This document shows positions 28,791 to 42,399 of a stretch of DNA of 64,000 nucleotides, one piece after another. The stretch covers positions 2,852,001 through 2,916,000 of the forward strand of contig CM114271.1 in the NCBI GenBank assembly GCA_050084515.1, given 5' to 3'. The notes below the pieces were generated by a model. That model made no database searches. It was not told the origin of the DNA and saw nothing but the letters and a program-made list of their open reading frames with translations. Positions within the stretch are counted from its first letter, which is position 1. Every line of letters begins with the position of its first letter. The position numbers and the translations under genes are program-made. This DNA comes from Blasia pusilla. Lineage: Eukaryota.

Positions 28791-30852
28791 GTTCTCACTG
28801 CTAAGAGAGGAGCAATAAAAGGAGAGGAAGAGTGGAAGAGAGGAGAGATGAGAGAGGAAATTCTTGTCAACCCGAAGAGATCCTCTTTTTAAGAGAGCTT
28901 CTTGTGATTTGAAGAGAGTTTCCTATGGATTGAAGAGAGGGAGGAAAATTTTGGAACATATTTTACAATTATGTTCTCTTTTCTTAATCACTCCCAATTT
29001 TTTTCCTCTTCCTCACTATGGCAACCCGTATGAATCCCAGAGATTGCAACATACATGAAACTTTTGTGTATCCAATCATCTCTTGACAGATAGTACAAAT
29101 GTGGAAAAAATCACTTTTTCCATCCAAGGTGTGAAAAAAAAGACCATTTAAGCACATTGATGAAATGAATACTTTGGCATTTCTAAACTACACTCTCACA
29201 CGTGATGTTGCATCCTCAAAGTGGCTTCTTTAGGACACTTGACACTTCTTTCACAGATAAAATTGGTTGGTGGATTCCTATTCCTAGCTCTGAATCTCTA
29301 AAAGCTACAAGTAGAACTTAGTACATGTGCTTACAAGGGAAATACCTTTTGCCACTTCTCTCTCTTTGGACAAACTCATCACAAGAACATGTGGGAAAGC
29401 AACAAATGTGTACAACATAAACCCCAGAAATATTCAAATTCACGGTGTTGTTCCTGACCCAATACATTCTTCCTATTACATTCTCACTATGCAAAACTCT
29501 TGTGGCAATGATCTCCATGTTGGCCTCCCGAGTTGATGCGATTCATTTTGCCCTCTCCACCAATCGCCTACACATTCTATTTCTCTTCACTCCATTTCCT
29601 TAATCGAACAAAAATAGTGGATTGAGATCATTCGCCTTCTTATGATATAAGTTGATATCAATCTTAGATTGGATCCGAAATGCGAATGTCTTTATAATGC
29701 GAATATGTTCCGAACTCCCTCTGTCTACTAGTCTCAACCTTGCATTTGTAAGATTGCCCACTTCTTCCTGGAAATTGGTTCTTGTAGAAATGGGCCAAAT
29801 CGTGGGGATATTCCCTCGAGCTCGAATGGCATGTGGATATGATTTTTTGGATGTGCATGATTCATTTAGGCAGAAGAAGTACTTCAATTGATCCCTTGTC
29901 CTTGTAAACGATCTAGAGTTTTCAGCCCCCATAAGCTTCGCTGTGGTCAGCCTATCCTTGTACAGTTCTTATTCAGAAAAGTGCCGCATGCTCTCCTTAT
30001 TCCATCAAATCCTGTCCTGCAGGTGGATCCACATCTGGGGTAGCTTCAAGAGATATGCTACCTTTTGAGATAACAATCCATTTCTATGACAAGAATGCCA
30101 TATTGTTGAATAGCCCTTGGTATTGGATGATGAGAAGTTCTAAAATAGAGGAATTTGGAAATAAGACATTCATGGATTTTACAAAAGACACTCCAACTCG
30201 AGCTTGGGAGCTATCTAGTGTTTTCGAATATTTGGATGGGGTGATTTCATCATCCACATCAATCACCGGATTGGTTTCTCGATACTAATGCTTAACTTGT
30301 TTGAAATCAAGGTACTTATGTAGTCTTCAAGAGTCTCGCTCAAACTTCTCTACCTCCCTTTGTATGGGATGTCTTGAAACACGCCCACAAATGTCCCCAC
30401 GAATGTAGACATCTCTCTTGAGAAGAGTTCCGCCTACCCACCGCTTGAAGGCTTCAATATATATTTTCTCATCCCCAGATCTTATAGGGCCCTAACATAG
30501 AGTTCATAAATCGAAGGGCATTTTCCCTTGGTTATACCTTTGTTGAGAAATATAGGAGATGTTGTAGATTGTAATATTGCTCTAGCCTGGTTTTGTTGGC
30601 ATGTCTCCAAGAGGGAGATTCTTTGGCATGCTTGTGATGACCTCCAACATGAATGGATATTCTCGGCTCCACTTGTATTTGGGCAAATTAAAGGGTATAT
30701 ATTTCATTAATGTTCAATCCCTACACATGCCAAATTGATAAGTGAGGGAGCATTACAGAACACAGAAGTTCACAATATAGGGATATTGCAACATGTGGGA
30801 ATCCAACGAGTTGAAATATGTTGCAACTTGTATGAATTCGATGGATTGCAGA

Positions 30853-31145
30853 TGTTGTGCGCATACACATTGCTACACAACATACATCGATGTTACTTAA
30901 CATACATACAAATACACACGATCCCATACTCACTCATGGCATCCAAACATTGAGATTGGATCTTACTTTACAAAGTCAGCTATATCAAAAATAGTAACTT
31001 ACCGGATATGTTCCTCAATATGGCTCCAAATGAGTCGAAAGGAAGGTTACCCGTGCCCTCATTAGATCATCCTCGACCTCTTGAGGTTGTCCTCCAATAT
31101 ATCCGAATGCGCTCTTCTCCTTGATGTATCCTAACAAATGTGACA
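30853..31145 (-). mobile_element. Internally deleted solo A-B unit of the DNMT-gypsy family, in the transposase intron
   Basis: Starts TGTTGTGCGCATACAC (repeat B) and ends ATCCTAACAAATGTGACA (repeat A). Confidence 0.8.
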
Positions 31146-31810
31146 GTGAAGAGAAATATGTGCAATCCATCGAATTCATACGAGTTACACGAACATACGT
31201 CGAGAGAATTTTTTCTAACTTTCCAAACTTAACAAGTTGAAAACTCATGCAACTTGTTGGAATCCAACAGGTTACAACACCACACTCCCACAACCTTTAA
31301 TTGCAACCTGTCGATTTCAAACGGTTTGCAAATTGAGGCAACTTATCGGATTGCGACAAGTTGCATATTGATATAACTAGTCAAATTATGACAGGTTGCC
31401 AAACACCAATATTTGCAACCTCTTGGATTCAGACAAGTTGCAACATTATATTTAGACCTACTTTTTCTTGCAACCCGTCAGAGTCAAATAGGTTGCAGAC
31501 CGAGGCAATGTCACGTTTTGACGAGTTTCCAAACACTAATATTTGTAACACATCGGATTCAGATGGGTTCCAACCCAACGGAATCCAACATGTTACACCT
31601 GCGAAATGGAAAGGAGAAAATGTTTTACTCACCTTCCGCATAAACCTTCCCCATTGCCTCATACGAACACTCCACCAAATCAACCAAAAACACAATTCTT
31701 AATATTTCCCCTCAATTGCATGCTTCGCCACCACACATGAAGCTCTTCTTAGTACTCTATGGCTTGTTTCAAGATTTTGTTGTCCTTACAACGTTGTAGT
31801 AGAGCAGGGT

Positions 31811-33096
31811 TGTCGTATCGAGAGCTTTTCTTTGAGTAAGGGTGGACTTTCTAGTTGCGGCAGACGTGATTGATGCAAGGTGATATCTCTAAGAAGTTCG
31901 TTTTTTTCAAAACATAATTATTATATACATTCTCCATTCTCTCACGACAGGAATCACAATTGGTAGTGTCAAGGCGATCACGTCTTTATAATATTGAACA
32001 TCGGAATTCCTAACTATGAAGTCCCTATAAACTAATTTACGCTTGAGCACAAAAAAAATAGCACAACTAGTGTTAAATCCTACTTGAGCAGACCTATTAA
32101 CATCCATGGATCGCTATATAAGGACATACAAAGTACAATCCCACGTCCTTCCGTACGGGATAATATGAAAAATCACCAGAGTTGGAGATTGCATAACGTG
32201 GTTCATGAATGCCTCCCCAAAGAGATAAACTAGATAATGAGTAAACTAGTGCCTATCTCCAAAGAGAATCTTGAAGTAGTACGGATTAAGGAAAGGAAAA
32301 TTGGTTATGAATTGTGCTCTATCTCTATCCATCTTTAACGGACATCCTCAACTCTCCTCAAAATGGGTTTTGGTGGAACTGCTCTCCCAAGAGGAATAAT
32401 CTACTCTCATTGGGAAAATAAGAAGCCAAAACCATCCACTATCCTTAGTATGATAAAACTTCCCTAAGACGATAAGTCTCCTAAAATAACCATCTCATAT
32501 CAGACTCTTGAAACTCTCGAAGAATAGATCTTGACCAAGTTACTCTCTCAAGAGGGATAATCCAGTCTCATTGGAAAAGCAAGCAAGCCAATTCCATCCA
32601 TTCAAGAGTAACAAAGGGAGACTCAAGAAATGGAGTAGAAGATGATGAATCCTTGAAGGTCCCACCTCTTTATATACTCACTAAGAATCCTCAAGACTAC
32701 AAAATAGGGCTAATATTATTTTGTGTGCCAAATGGCTTCCTCTCAAGGCTTAGCCAATCCCATTTTGACACAAGTAAATTATATATTATCTCCTCCAGAA
32801 TATATTTATCAACTCACTTCATATCCTCCAAACTACCCCAACTAACCTAGCCACCAACCAATACTAATTTTGTTTTTCTTTCATTAATGCACAAATCCCA
32901 AAACTCTACTTGTATACTCTCATTTCTTATTTATCATCTATTTTCCTAAATTTGGGCCCACACAAATGAGCCATCCTAAAGAGGTTTAAACATGAAATTT
33001 TCATTTTCTTAACCTAGTTTACTTAATACTAATAAAACTCTCTCTAACACTTAGTGAGAGAGGAGTTTATATAGTGGATGATTTTATTATACGACA
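31811..33096. mobile_element. Solo LTR (family E) inserted in the MULE-like transposase
   Basis: TGTCGTATCGAGAGC...TATACGACA; transposase frame continues on both sides; no clear TSD. Confidence 0.82.
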
Positions 33097-36000
33097 ACGT
33101 GCTCCGTTATCTTATTCTCCTTGATGCAAGATTTTATGTAGCAAGTCACGGACTATTGCCAATGGAAAGCATTCAACCTCTCCCATTTTGGCTCAGCTTC
33201 ATCTTCCCATAACGCCTCCTTGATAGCAATCCATCTTGATTGTGCATTGTCCTCCATGAGCCTACAAATTTCAGAGGATGCCTTTTTTTTCTGTCACCAT
33301 CTCTAGTAGGAGTAACAAACATATCTTCAAGCTTCCAACATCATCTGCCTTTATCTCACAAAAAAATATGGTTTAGAGTCCCTTCTTCACATGGTTTTAA
33401 ACGTGTGCACCTATGGTCAATCATTCATTAAAAACCCTATAATAAGTATCAAAGCTAACTCAACTTCAAAATAGATCTTCTCCTTCCCTCATTCTGTCAA
33501 CAAGATCAACGCCACTAAACGGCCTTGTAGTAGATATTTTGAAGACATAAGCATTGGATCCCTCGCCTCCTTGGCCCATGAATTATGATATCTGAATAAA
33601 TAGAAACTTGGAGTTTGCTTTGATCCTGGAAATGGCATCCATCTCTAAGATCTTTCCATAAAGTATTCGTATTTTCCGCAGTAAGTTCTTGAAGCATTGA
33701 GGATCAACCAGAGAGGCAAGATTTTCCCATAGTTGTTTCTCCTCAACTCTGCGATCTCTCCTTGGCCACGTATTCCCAACAGTTGATCGCAAATTTATGA
33801 TACCATCGTCAATTTTATATTTTTGTGCTTAGATTCTGTAGAGTCTATATATACCTCCGACACTTTCTTGGCCACATTATTCTTGATGTGTTTGTGAATG
33901 GCACTAGTGACAAGATGAGTGTGAGACCCAACATGAACATGTGGCTTGATGTACTCAAACATAGAAGTGGAGTCGTGCACTATGAAAAAATATAAGCGGG
34001 ACATGCTCCAACGCAAAAGGAGGAGGCTTGACAATGAGGACATTGATGGCCACCCGACAGTATAGCTGCACCCACCTCATAAGGAGTCTCTGCATTTTTT
34101 GGGGAAAAATTGTGAGGCATTGACTTCCCTATTCTATTCTAGGTAAGGGCATCAAGGACTTCTACATTCCAAGGCTACCACGCATTGGCAACAAGACACA
34201 ATCCAAGGATCACTTGGGATGGAAGCAGTCGTTTGGTGTAGTTTACACCATCGATGAAAATCGGAGTTTTGGTCCTTACCCTTAACCCATCCTCCATCTT
34301 GCTTCTGAGAAGGACCAAAAAGTGGAGGCAACTCGAAAACATAGTTTCTATCATAAGTGGTTGGCAACTCATCCACAAGAATGTGCTTGAAGATTTTAAA
34401 GGGGAGAATGACAAAAGCAAACTATTCCCTCAAACTCGCAATAGGAATGTGTATGCAGATGTTGGGTCTAAGTTGTTTCCAACAGATCCCCTGAGGTTGA
34501 AAACATCAAAAATATCTATATCTTGAACCAAATTGTCACAAATCTGTAAGTTTGGAGTCGAAATTGGATCGGCAGAAGCAAGGGTGGCAAATATGGAACT
34601 TGGAGCACTCGTAGGTTGTAGATAATTGAGATAAAATAGAGTGGGATTTAGAGACAAGCCATAGATTATGTATTGTCTATTGGAGTAAGGTGAGAGATTC
34701 CATACTTTGGAATCTCCAATCTTGGGCTCACCTTACTTTGGAGCCTCTCATCTGTTCCATCCATCCTGACATCCTTCGAAGCAAATATGGTTCCAATCTC
34801 GAGAAGAAATTGGAGTGAAAGAAAATATTCTTCAATTAATATATGAGCATTGCCAACTTACGCCCGAATTATCTCCGATTGAGGAAGGGCCGCTAGATGA
34901 CTGCCATATGTGAATTTCACATAATTTTCCATCTGGATATGACAACATAGATGATTCCATTAGAAAGGATGGGAATAAGAATAAGAATTTTAATGTTAAA
35001 TTTACAGTGAACAGTGTCCGAGTATATTATTATAAAAGTTATCTACAAGCAGTTGGTAGTTAGGTTGAACCATCACTTGCTGATTAGACCAAGCGATGAG
35101 GAATATTCCTACAACAAATCCATGGGTGTGCAACCCGTCAGAACCCGACGGATTGCCATGGGATTGCCTTTAAGAGTTGGCATGAAAGCGAGTTAGTGAT
35201 GAAATGCAATCCGTCGGACTCCGATGGATTGCATGGGGTGATGTTGGTCAACCTGTTGCATTTTGACCGATAGTTGGGCTTGTCTCAGTTGGACTCAAAA
35301 GTATAAGGCAACCCATCGGATTTGGGGGCTGATATTATGGCAGAAGAGAGGAGAAAAAGAGAGAAGAGTCTCTCTTCTAAAAAAAGGAAAAAAAATCCTT
35401 AATTATAACCTCTCTTCAAAACTTTATTCTATTTTTGAAGATTCTCCACTACTTCAAATGCAAGAAATGTTTAGAAGAGAGATCTAAGTGGTAGAGATTG
35501 GGGCAAAAACTAACCTCATTTTTTCAGACCAAGATGTGAAGTTGGAAATGTGAAGCCCTCTTCAAACATGCTTAAATCACTTTATGTGTAAGCCACATCA
35601 AGGAGTGAAGGGTATCAGAGTTCTTACAAAATTATTTGTGTAAACCAAACAATAAGATAAGGGTCATTCTTCTTAATAGAGGGAAAGATTTTGGGCTCTT
35701 AATCCAAGACTCCCAGCCTCATTCCTAACACTTTGTCAGAATTTAACAACCAGTCATAACAATCTTGGAGAAATAGGAACTCAAAGAGAGGAGAGGTGAT
35801 TTGTTGAGAGGTTTACTCACAGACTCCTTTATTGCTTCATTATAGTTTGTCAAAAATCTGATTGTTTCAAGAAATGGATATTAAAGATGCACTTGAACTT
35901 GGAAGCAGAGGATACACAAAGTAGTAAAGAAATAGTGATGATTTGAGGTTGGAAAAAAATGGAGGATTGCAAAGTTTCCAAGAATGACTCAGAACACTAG

Positions 36001-37689
36001 AAGGCCGCATATGACATGCAAGACTTGGCTAAGCAATGGCTATATGGAGTCTTTTATTAAATTCATGGGACTTTGGCAAGTGTGGTTGGACACAGATGTC
36101 AGAAGTTAAGGAAGCCAACAAGTTGAAGGAAACGAGAACTCGTTGTGGGAGTAGCGAAAAATCATTTGAGACTAATGGAATTGAATTTTGATAATTGACC
36201 AATCCAAAAGTCAAGCCTACAAGGGTTGAAATCCCACAAGTTGCACGACATGAGAAGAGAAGTTTGCAACCTCTCAAAAGATTAGTTTGAAGTGGAAGAA
36301 CAAGAGGAAAAGATATAAGCATTGATCCAGGCAATGCAACTTGTCAGAATCCGATAGGTTGCATGACTTGACAAGTAGAGGAAGAGTTTTAAGATATGAC
36401 TAATTAGAGATAAGGAAAAAAGGATATCAAGAAAGACATGACCACTGAAAAAAACAAACAAAATAACCTGACCTACATGTGAAGATATGAGAGGAAACCC
36501 ATAGGTTCTATTCTGATGAGAGATGAGAAAAAAGAAAGAGCGATTGAAATTAATAGAAGGCAATAATTTATACTTGCAACATGTCAGAATCAGATAGGTT
36601 GCATGATAGGAACAAGAAAGGAAATATCAATATGAAGAATCGTTAGGAAACCCATAGGTTCCATTTAGACATGCAATCCGTCGGAATCCGACACGTTGCA
36701 AGATATGACAAGAACTTGTGAGAACCTGGCAGAAATCGACTAGTTGCAAGACCTATCATATTTGAGCTTGCTACTCATGAAAAAACCTTGGTGAAAAAAA
36801 ATAAAAGGAATGAAGGTAGTAATATGAAATTCAGAGTAGGTAGTCATCCAGACTTGTAACCTTTCGGAATCCGACAGGTTGAAGGAAACCTCCACAAGTT
36901 GCGTTCAAACATGCAACCCATCGGAATCCAACAGGTTGTCAGACATTACAAGAAGAGAAATATTTGTGAGATATGGCTAATTTGTCGGAAAGACAAGACA
37001 GGTTAACATGAACACATGTGCAACACGTTGGAATCCAATACGTTGCAAGAGATGACAACTAAAGAATTTCAGGAGACATCTTCACATCAATATGATAAAA
37101 TCTCAGAAAACTTAGAGACACCAACATACTCCCATTTTGACTTGCAACCCGTCAAAATTTGACGGGTTGCAAGACATACCATCTGTCCAAAAGAGATTAC
37201 TAGAGTAGAAAATTGATTTCAACATGTCGGAATCCAAGAACTCCAATAACATCATACCATTAAAAGAAAGAAGAGCTTGTGAAAAAAAATCAAGTTCCTT
37301 TATTCCAATCCATTTGTAACCCGCATATTTAAATTCGATTTCCTAAACTAGAAAATCTAATCTATGATCTCTTTTGCCTCGTCATCTGCAAAAATATTCC
37401 TAACTTAGATTGGTTCTTGTACAATGGACTTCACTAGGCTCTCCAATGGGTGTTCTTAGGGGGACAAGGCTCTCAAATTCCCCTTCTTTCTCAATCCCCA
37501 TCTAAAATATTGAAGAGGAAGAACACCAAATCGATCCCATGCGACCCGAGATAAGTCCCAACACCTGCCCCGACAAGTGATCTTGTATGCTCTGCAAAGG
37601 GACACCCATCTATAATCAATACGTGCTCCTTCGCTGGAAACCACTACAGCCCAACAGCAAAACGCTTGAAATCCAAGGCACCACGCACT

Positions 37690-40600
37690 CACTCAGGAGT
37701 ATCAGGGAGCTCTTCCAAAATCACCGTTGGCCTTGTCCACCCGATTTTTGGAATGAAAGGTAGTGGCAATGGTGTCACCACCAATGGCTCTCCTAACGCT
37801 GCATTTTGACCTGGAGGCGACTTGTACTCTCCCAATTGCCTCTCGTACTCCGCCTTTTCCTCCTTGCAAAGTGCAAATAGTTGCATCCTTAACTCGAGGC
37901 TGAAAGTGTTTCTTCCACTCCACTAGGCACCTCTAACACTCGCTCTAGAAATCCCCACTAAATCTAACACAAAGTCAATACGCCTCAAGCAGAGCTCCAT
38001 CAGGGTCTGCATGAGCGCCGGGGACTTTTCCTCCCTCCAACCAGCGGATCTCCTTCCTCCATGACAACTCCCAAGAGTGAATCGTACATGCTATAGAATG
38101 TGTAACCATTGTAGGCACGATCAATAGGATCCTGGATCTCAAAAACCTGGAATGTGTGCTCCGATCTGACAAAACAATACAAATACGAGTACTCAATCTT
38201 TGCACAAGAAAAAGGCACAATGATATTAGCTTTAAGGAGAAAGTGCTACGAGGATTGATTTTCCCATTAAGCAACCTGAAGGATTCCAACGAGTTGCAAG
38301 TGTAAGATTTTAGGTGCCTAGTTGTAGCAGTAGACAATAAAACTTTAGAGGGGTCCATGGAACTCGTCAAAATCCGACGGGTTGCTCTGCACCTCCTTGA
38401 ACAAGTCTCGATTTGCAACCCGTCGGGTTCCGATGGGTTGCACATTCCGTATTTGGGTCTTTCTCCAACCTATTGAAATCTGACCGGTTGTAGATAATGT
38501 TGCACGTGCTCACTGAAAAAGGTGATTTGGACTCCCTTAACCCAAATATTCGCAGGCTAATTTTTCAAACTTACCCAGAGTTGATTTGTTGCAGATCTCA
38601 ACAAGTAGTCATTCTTGACTATCCAAGATTGTGTTGTCTGCCATGTCGTTTGACACACTGCATGTTGAAGAGCTGATCTTCGCTGTCGCTAGTCAAAATA
38701 AGGAAACATCCCTTGTCACTTAGATACGCATTGGCGCACGAAAACATCAATGTGATCTGGTCGTATGTGAAGGGAGAGTTCCAACCCATGACAATATCTT
38801 GTGGGTTATCGTCCCACAATCTGAATCCCAACGGTAAATCTACAATCATGAGGTCAACTGCAACCTCCTCAGCTACCCCATTGACAATCCATGGGGTGTG
38901 GCCGTTTCGGATGAGCTTTCGTCTTAGGATTGTCAGCTTCTCCAGGGCATGGATGGACTCCTAACTTGAAATTTTTTCCAATTCAGCAGAGAGGTCTGAT
39001 GGAGCAAGATAGTGACCTTTTTCATTACATTGCTCTCCTTGCCCACGGATGATGAAGTATATATCACATTTCCGTTTTCTCCCTTAGAGGAACCCAACGT
39101 TTCTCTCTTTCACTTCACGCAAGTTTGGTGCCTGTTGGTCGCGGTCTGTGTCACCTCGGAATCTACATGCATCATTTGTGGGCCTCCCTTTGCTATCCCT
39201 CACGCTTGGAAGAACCAGCCTTGAATTCCCTTGATCACATACCCTTCGGTTTCAGCCCCGCTATGGACTTGTGCTTGGCTGTTACCACCTTTCACACCTG
39301 ATCTGCCGTCTCGATTGCTTGTGCCTCCGCATCACCATCAAAGTACTCCTCAACCTTCAAGAGGTTGGGGATGTCCCCCCTTGTAGGCTACAACTACATT
39401 ATAGAAGGCTCCTAGCGTCTGGTTGCTAAACTCCTCTAGGCCATTGAAGTCCAACCAAATTGGACAGTTTAGATATTCCCAAGGGCTTATCTACTCAGCC
39501 ATCTCCACGACGTACATGGAGAATTCATCCCCATTCGGATGAGCAACCCACAATTTGCAGGCGGCAGGTTACTTTCTCCATGTACTTGCATTGACACACG
39601 AGATGAAAAACTTGTACACCATTCCTTGGGGAGCTTGTTGGCAAGAGGACTCAAGAGCCTCCTCAAGAAGGTCTCCTTTCTTTTTGGAAAAATTACCATT
39701 TTTTAGATCGCCAATCTCGTCATTGAGATCCCCCTATGGGAGAATATGATTCTTGAACATTGTCCGGAAGCCAGGGTTCTTCACTAGCTTATCTCATATT
39801 TCATTCAACCGTAGCTGGTAATCCTCGGCCAACTCAAGGCTGGCCTCCTCCAAAATAGGCTTGATTTTCCTAAGCTTGGCTTGACGACACACAATCATCA
39901 ATTTTCCGAGCAACCACAATGCATCCCAGAAGGACCATTCTCTCAACCACTAAGAGATAACATGATCCGAGACCCCTGATGGGTAGTGTGCCATCTTCTT
40001 CTCGGCCTCTGTCCTCTCGAGACTGATCTTCATAAGACTAATTCAGCTGAATTTTGAAATTCCTGAAAGTGCAAACCTGTGAATACGATCCAATGACACC
40101 TTCTCTCCGATACGGCCAAGGGGATCCTCATCCCTCTTTCTTTGGCATTTAATGATGGCTTTCAACTCCTTGTAGAAGTATGGGCTGAGCTCGGGGTTTA
40201 GCAAGGCGATGCAATGCTACATCTTGGTGGTTGTGTACTTAGTCGCTACCAACACAGCACCCTAGATGAACTTCACCCTCTCAGTAGCTGAAACCAGGCC
40301 TTCTCCCTATGCTCCATCTCCAATGTTGTGCTTCTCTTTGCTGCTTGGATTTTAGATCAGCACAAAATTGTGATAGCTGTATCTTGGGAGATGTATGTGT
40401 TCGCCCAAGTCTTCATCTTGATATGTGCTCCTTTAGCGAGCATCACATTGACCAACTCCTCTCCTAGGAATCCTTTGTATTGCCCAAGGTGCGTTGTAAG
40501 CACTTTCTTCACTCTGCCGCACTCTTGGATCCAATGTTGCATGAGATTCCCTTCCCACACAATCCTGCAAGGTTCAAGGTTTTTTTAGAATTTATATCAC

Positions 40601-42200
40601 ATGCAACCCGTTGGTTTCCGACAGGTTGCAAAAAGACTAACACTACCATAGAGAAAAAATTAGATCAAATAATATAACCTTTGCCTACTAAGTGTTGGAG
40701 TCCGACAGGTTGCAATTTTTTTTCTAGAGAGCCTCTATGGCTGATGGCACATGGAGTCGTGGCAGCCCTTTGGAGTCCGACATGTTGCACGACCATGAAG
40801 TAAGTTGTTCCAAGATGCAACCTATAGGGATCCAATTGGTTGCATCCAGTCCCTATCGTAGTCCCAAAGACTTCGAATCCCTTGGTTTTTCGATTGACAG
40901 ATAGGCCTTTTTGCAACCCGTCAGACTCTGACGGGTTGCAATTTCCCATCAACTCATAGGGGCTAGCATAATCTTTGACCCTAAAGCAACCCGTCAGACA
41001 TCAAAAGGTTGCTTTTGGTCCAAAATCATGCAACTCTAGGATAAATTGTGTGGGAGTTGCAACTTGTCGCACTCTGATGGGTTGCCTTGGAACTAATCTA
41101 GTCCAAATAGGAACCCTCATGGAAAAAGAATGCAACATGTCAGAATCCGATGGATTGCACTTTGGCCACATAAGAAGACTAATCATCCATGGCTTTGGAA
41201 TCCGTCGGACTCCAATGGGTTGCCCTTGTACCTTACTAGTCTAACTAAGGGACCTTTGGGAATATAAAATGCAATCCATCAGAGTCGGGCGGGTTGCATA
41301 TTGGCCAAGGAAGAAGTCCTGGCATGAATGGCTTTGCAACCCGTCGAAGTCTGACGAGTTGGAAGCTCAACCAAATTCAACAAACGAGAAAAAAAACACT
41401 TAAGTGTTCATTGAGTGCATGACCATCTCCACCGTGGCCATGTGATTTGGGAAGGGATGGAGGATGATTTCCCTCACGCAAAAATGCACCTCCAATGAAT
41501 TTGGGCACTCCGATGCAAACTAGGGCCACGCCATGAATCTGTGGTTCCCATCCCAGATGAAGAAGTACAAGTTCTGCATCCACTTGTATTCCGTTCTTGC
41601 AATTTCTTTTTGGAACTCTATGTCCTTCATTCTCCAAAACTCATCCAGGTTCTCGAGGTCGTCCTCAGTGATCAAGGCCTACATTCCATGTTCATCATAA
41701 GGTTGAACATAGAAAGGAGGAAAGCTATCTACACATGAAGCTCTTGCAATTGACTGCTTCAACTTGGTGATGTCTTTGTCGGACTGAATTTATCGAACGT
41801 ATTCCATTGTTCAAAGTCTGCAGTGAGGAATCCCTGGTGCCTTGGGGCCATCCACCACTGCCATTTGCTTCACAACCTACAAGAATTTCAAAAATTTCAA
41901 CTACATAAGTTTTCCTCAATGCAAGCCATTCGAATGCACACCAAAAATTGTCGATCATTGCTTACCCTATAAAAAATTGGGTCTATGTCGAGGCCGGCAA
42001 GGTGCTCTAGTGCAACAACAAGTAATTGCACTAGATATCCCTCAACGTTGAAAAGCTCCATTTCTTCAACAAGGCTTAGCAAAGAGACGTCTCTTCTTCT
42101 TCCTCAATCAAAGATAATTCGAGCGAAACTTGGTGACTCTCACGTACCTGTTGAAGAAGATTTCCTCTCACTCCAATTTCTTCTCCACATTGGAACCATC
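37690..42200 (-). pseudogene. Spliced, decayed gene for a ParB/Srx-like domain fused to a beta-class amino (N6A/N4C) DNA methyltransferase-like domain
   Basis: IPHCRL..VR..DITKLK..FYV..FFIWDGNHRFMAW (about 41525-41830); VDLMIVDLPLG..W..ANAYLSDKGCFLIL (38700-38860); EKSPALMQTLMELC..DFVLDLVGISRAS..GRNTFSLEL (37890-38030); putative introns 41877-41965, about 40565-41402 and 38276-38574. Confidence 0.72.
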
Positions 42201-42399
42201 TTTGTTTCCAAGGATGTCGGGGTTGATGGAATGGATGACGGGATAGGAGAAACAGTCTAGCCAGAGATTGGAGACTCCAAAGTCTGGAATCTCTTACCTT
42301 CTTTAATGGATAATTTAGAGTTTATGGTCTACCTCTGAACCCCACTCCAACTCATCTTGACGGTCTGAAACCTATGAGCTAGTGCTCCGAGCTCCATGT

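Larger units (their letters stand above)
29250..34650 (-). pseudogene. MULE-like DDE transposase with C-terminal SWIM finger; intron 30721-31632; interrupted by a solo LTR
   Basis: FELPP..CQC..ALEC..CPHC N-terminus; DLVDRMREGEDL..VSFD; WLIWW..RMRQWG|GTGAG; CPNTSGAENIH (E); YVVHICCFPTCSCDEF..YFPCKHMY (SWIM). Confidence 0.75.
30780..41360. repeat. Dispersed 31-bp palindrome family TTGCAACCCGTCGGAnTCCGACGGGTTGCAA
   Basis: Perfect copies at 37141-37173 and 40911-40941; dozens of decayed copies clustered at 30780-31600, 35130-35260, 36330-37240, 38270-38490 and 40600-41360; one at about 29020. Confidence 0.9.

Noticed and set aside
30780-41360. CRISPR-like reading of the palindromic repeats with unique spacers
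   Set aside because: Spacing is irregular, copies are degenerate, the context is eukaryotic and no cas genes are present.
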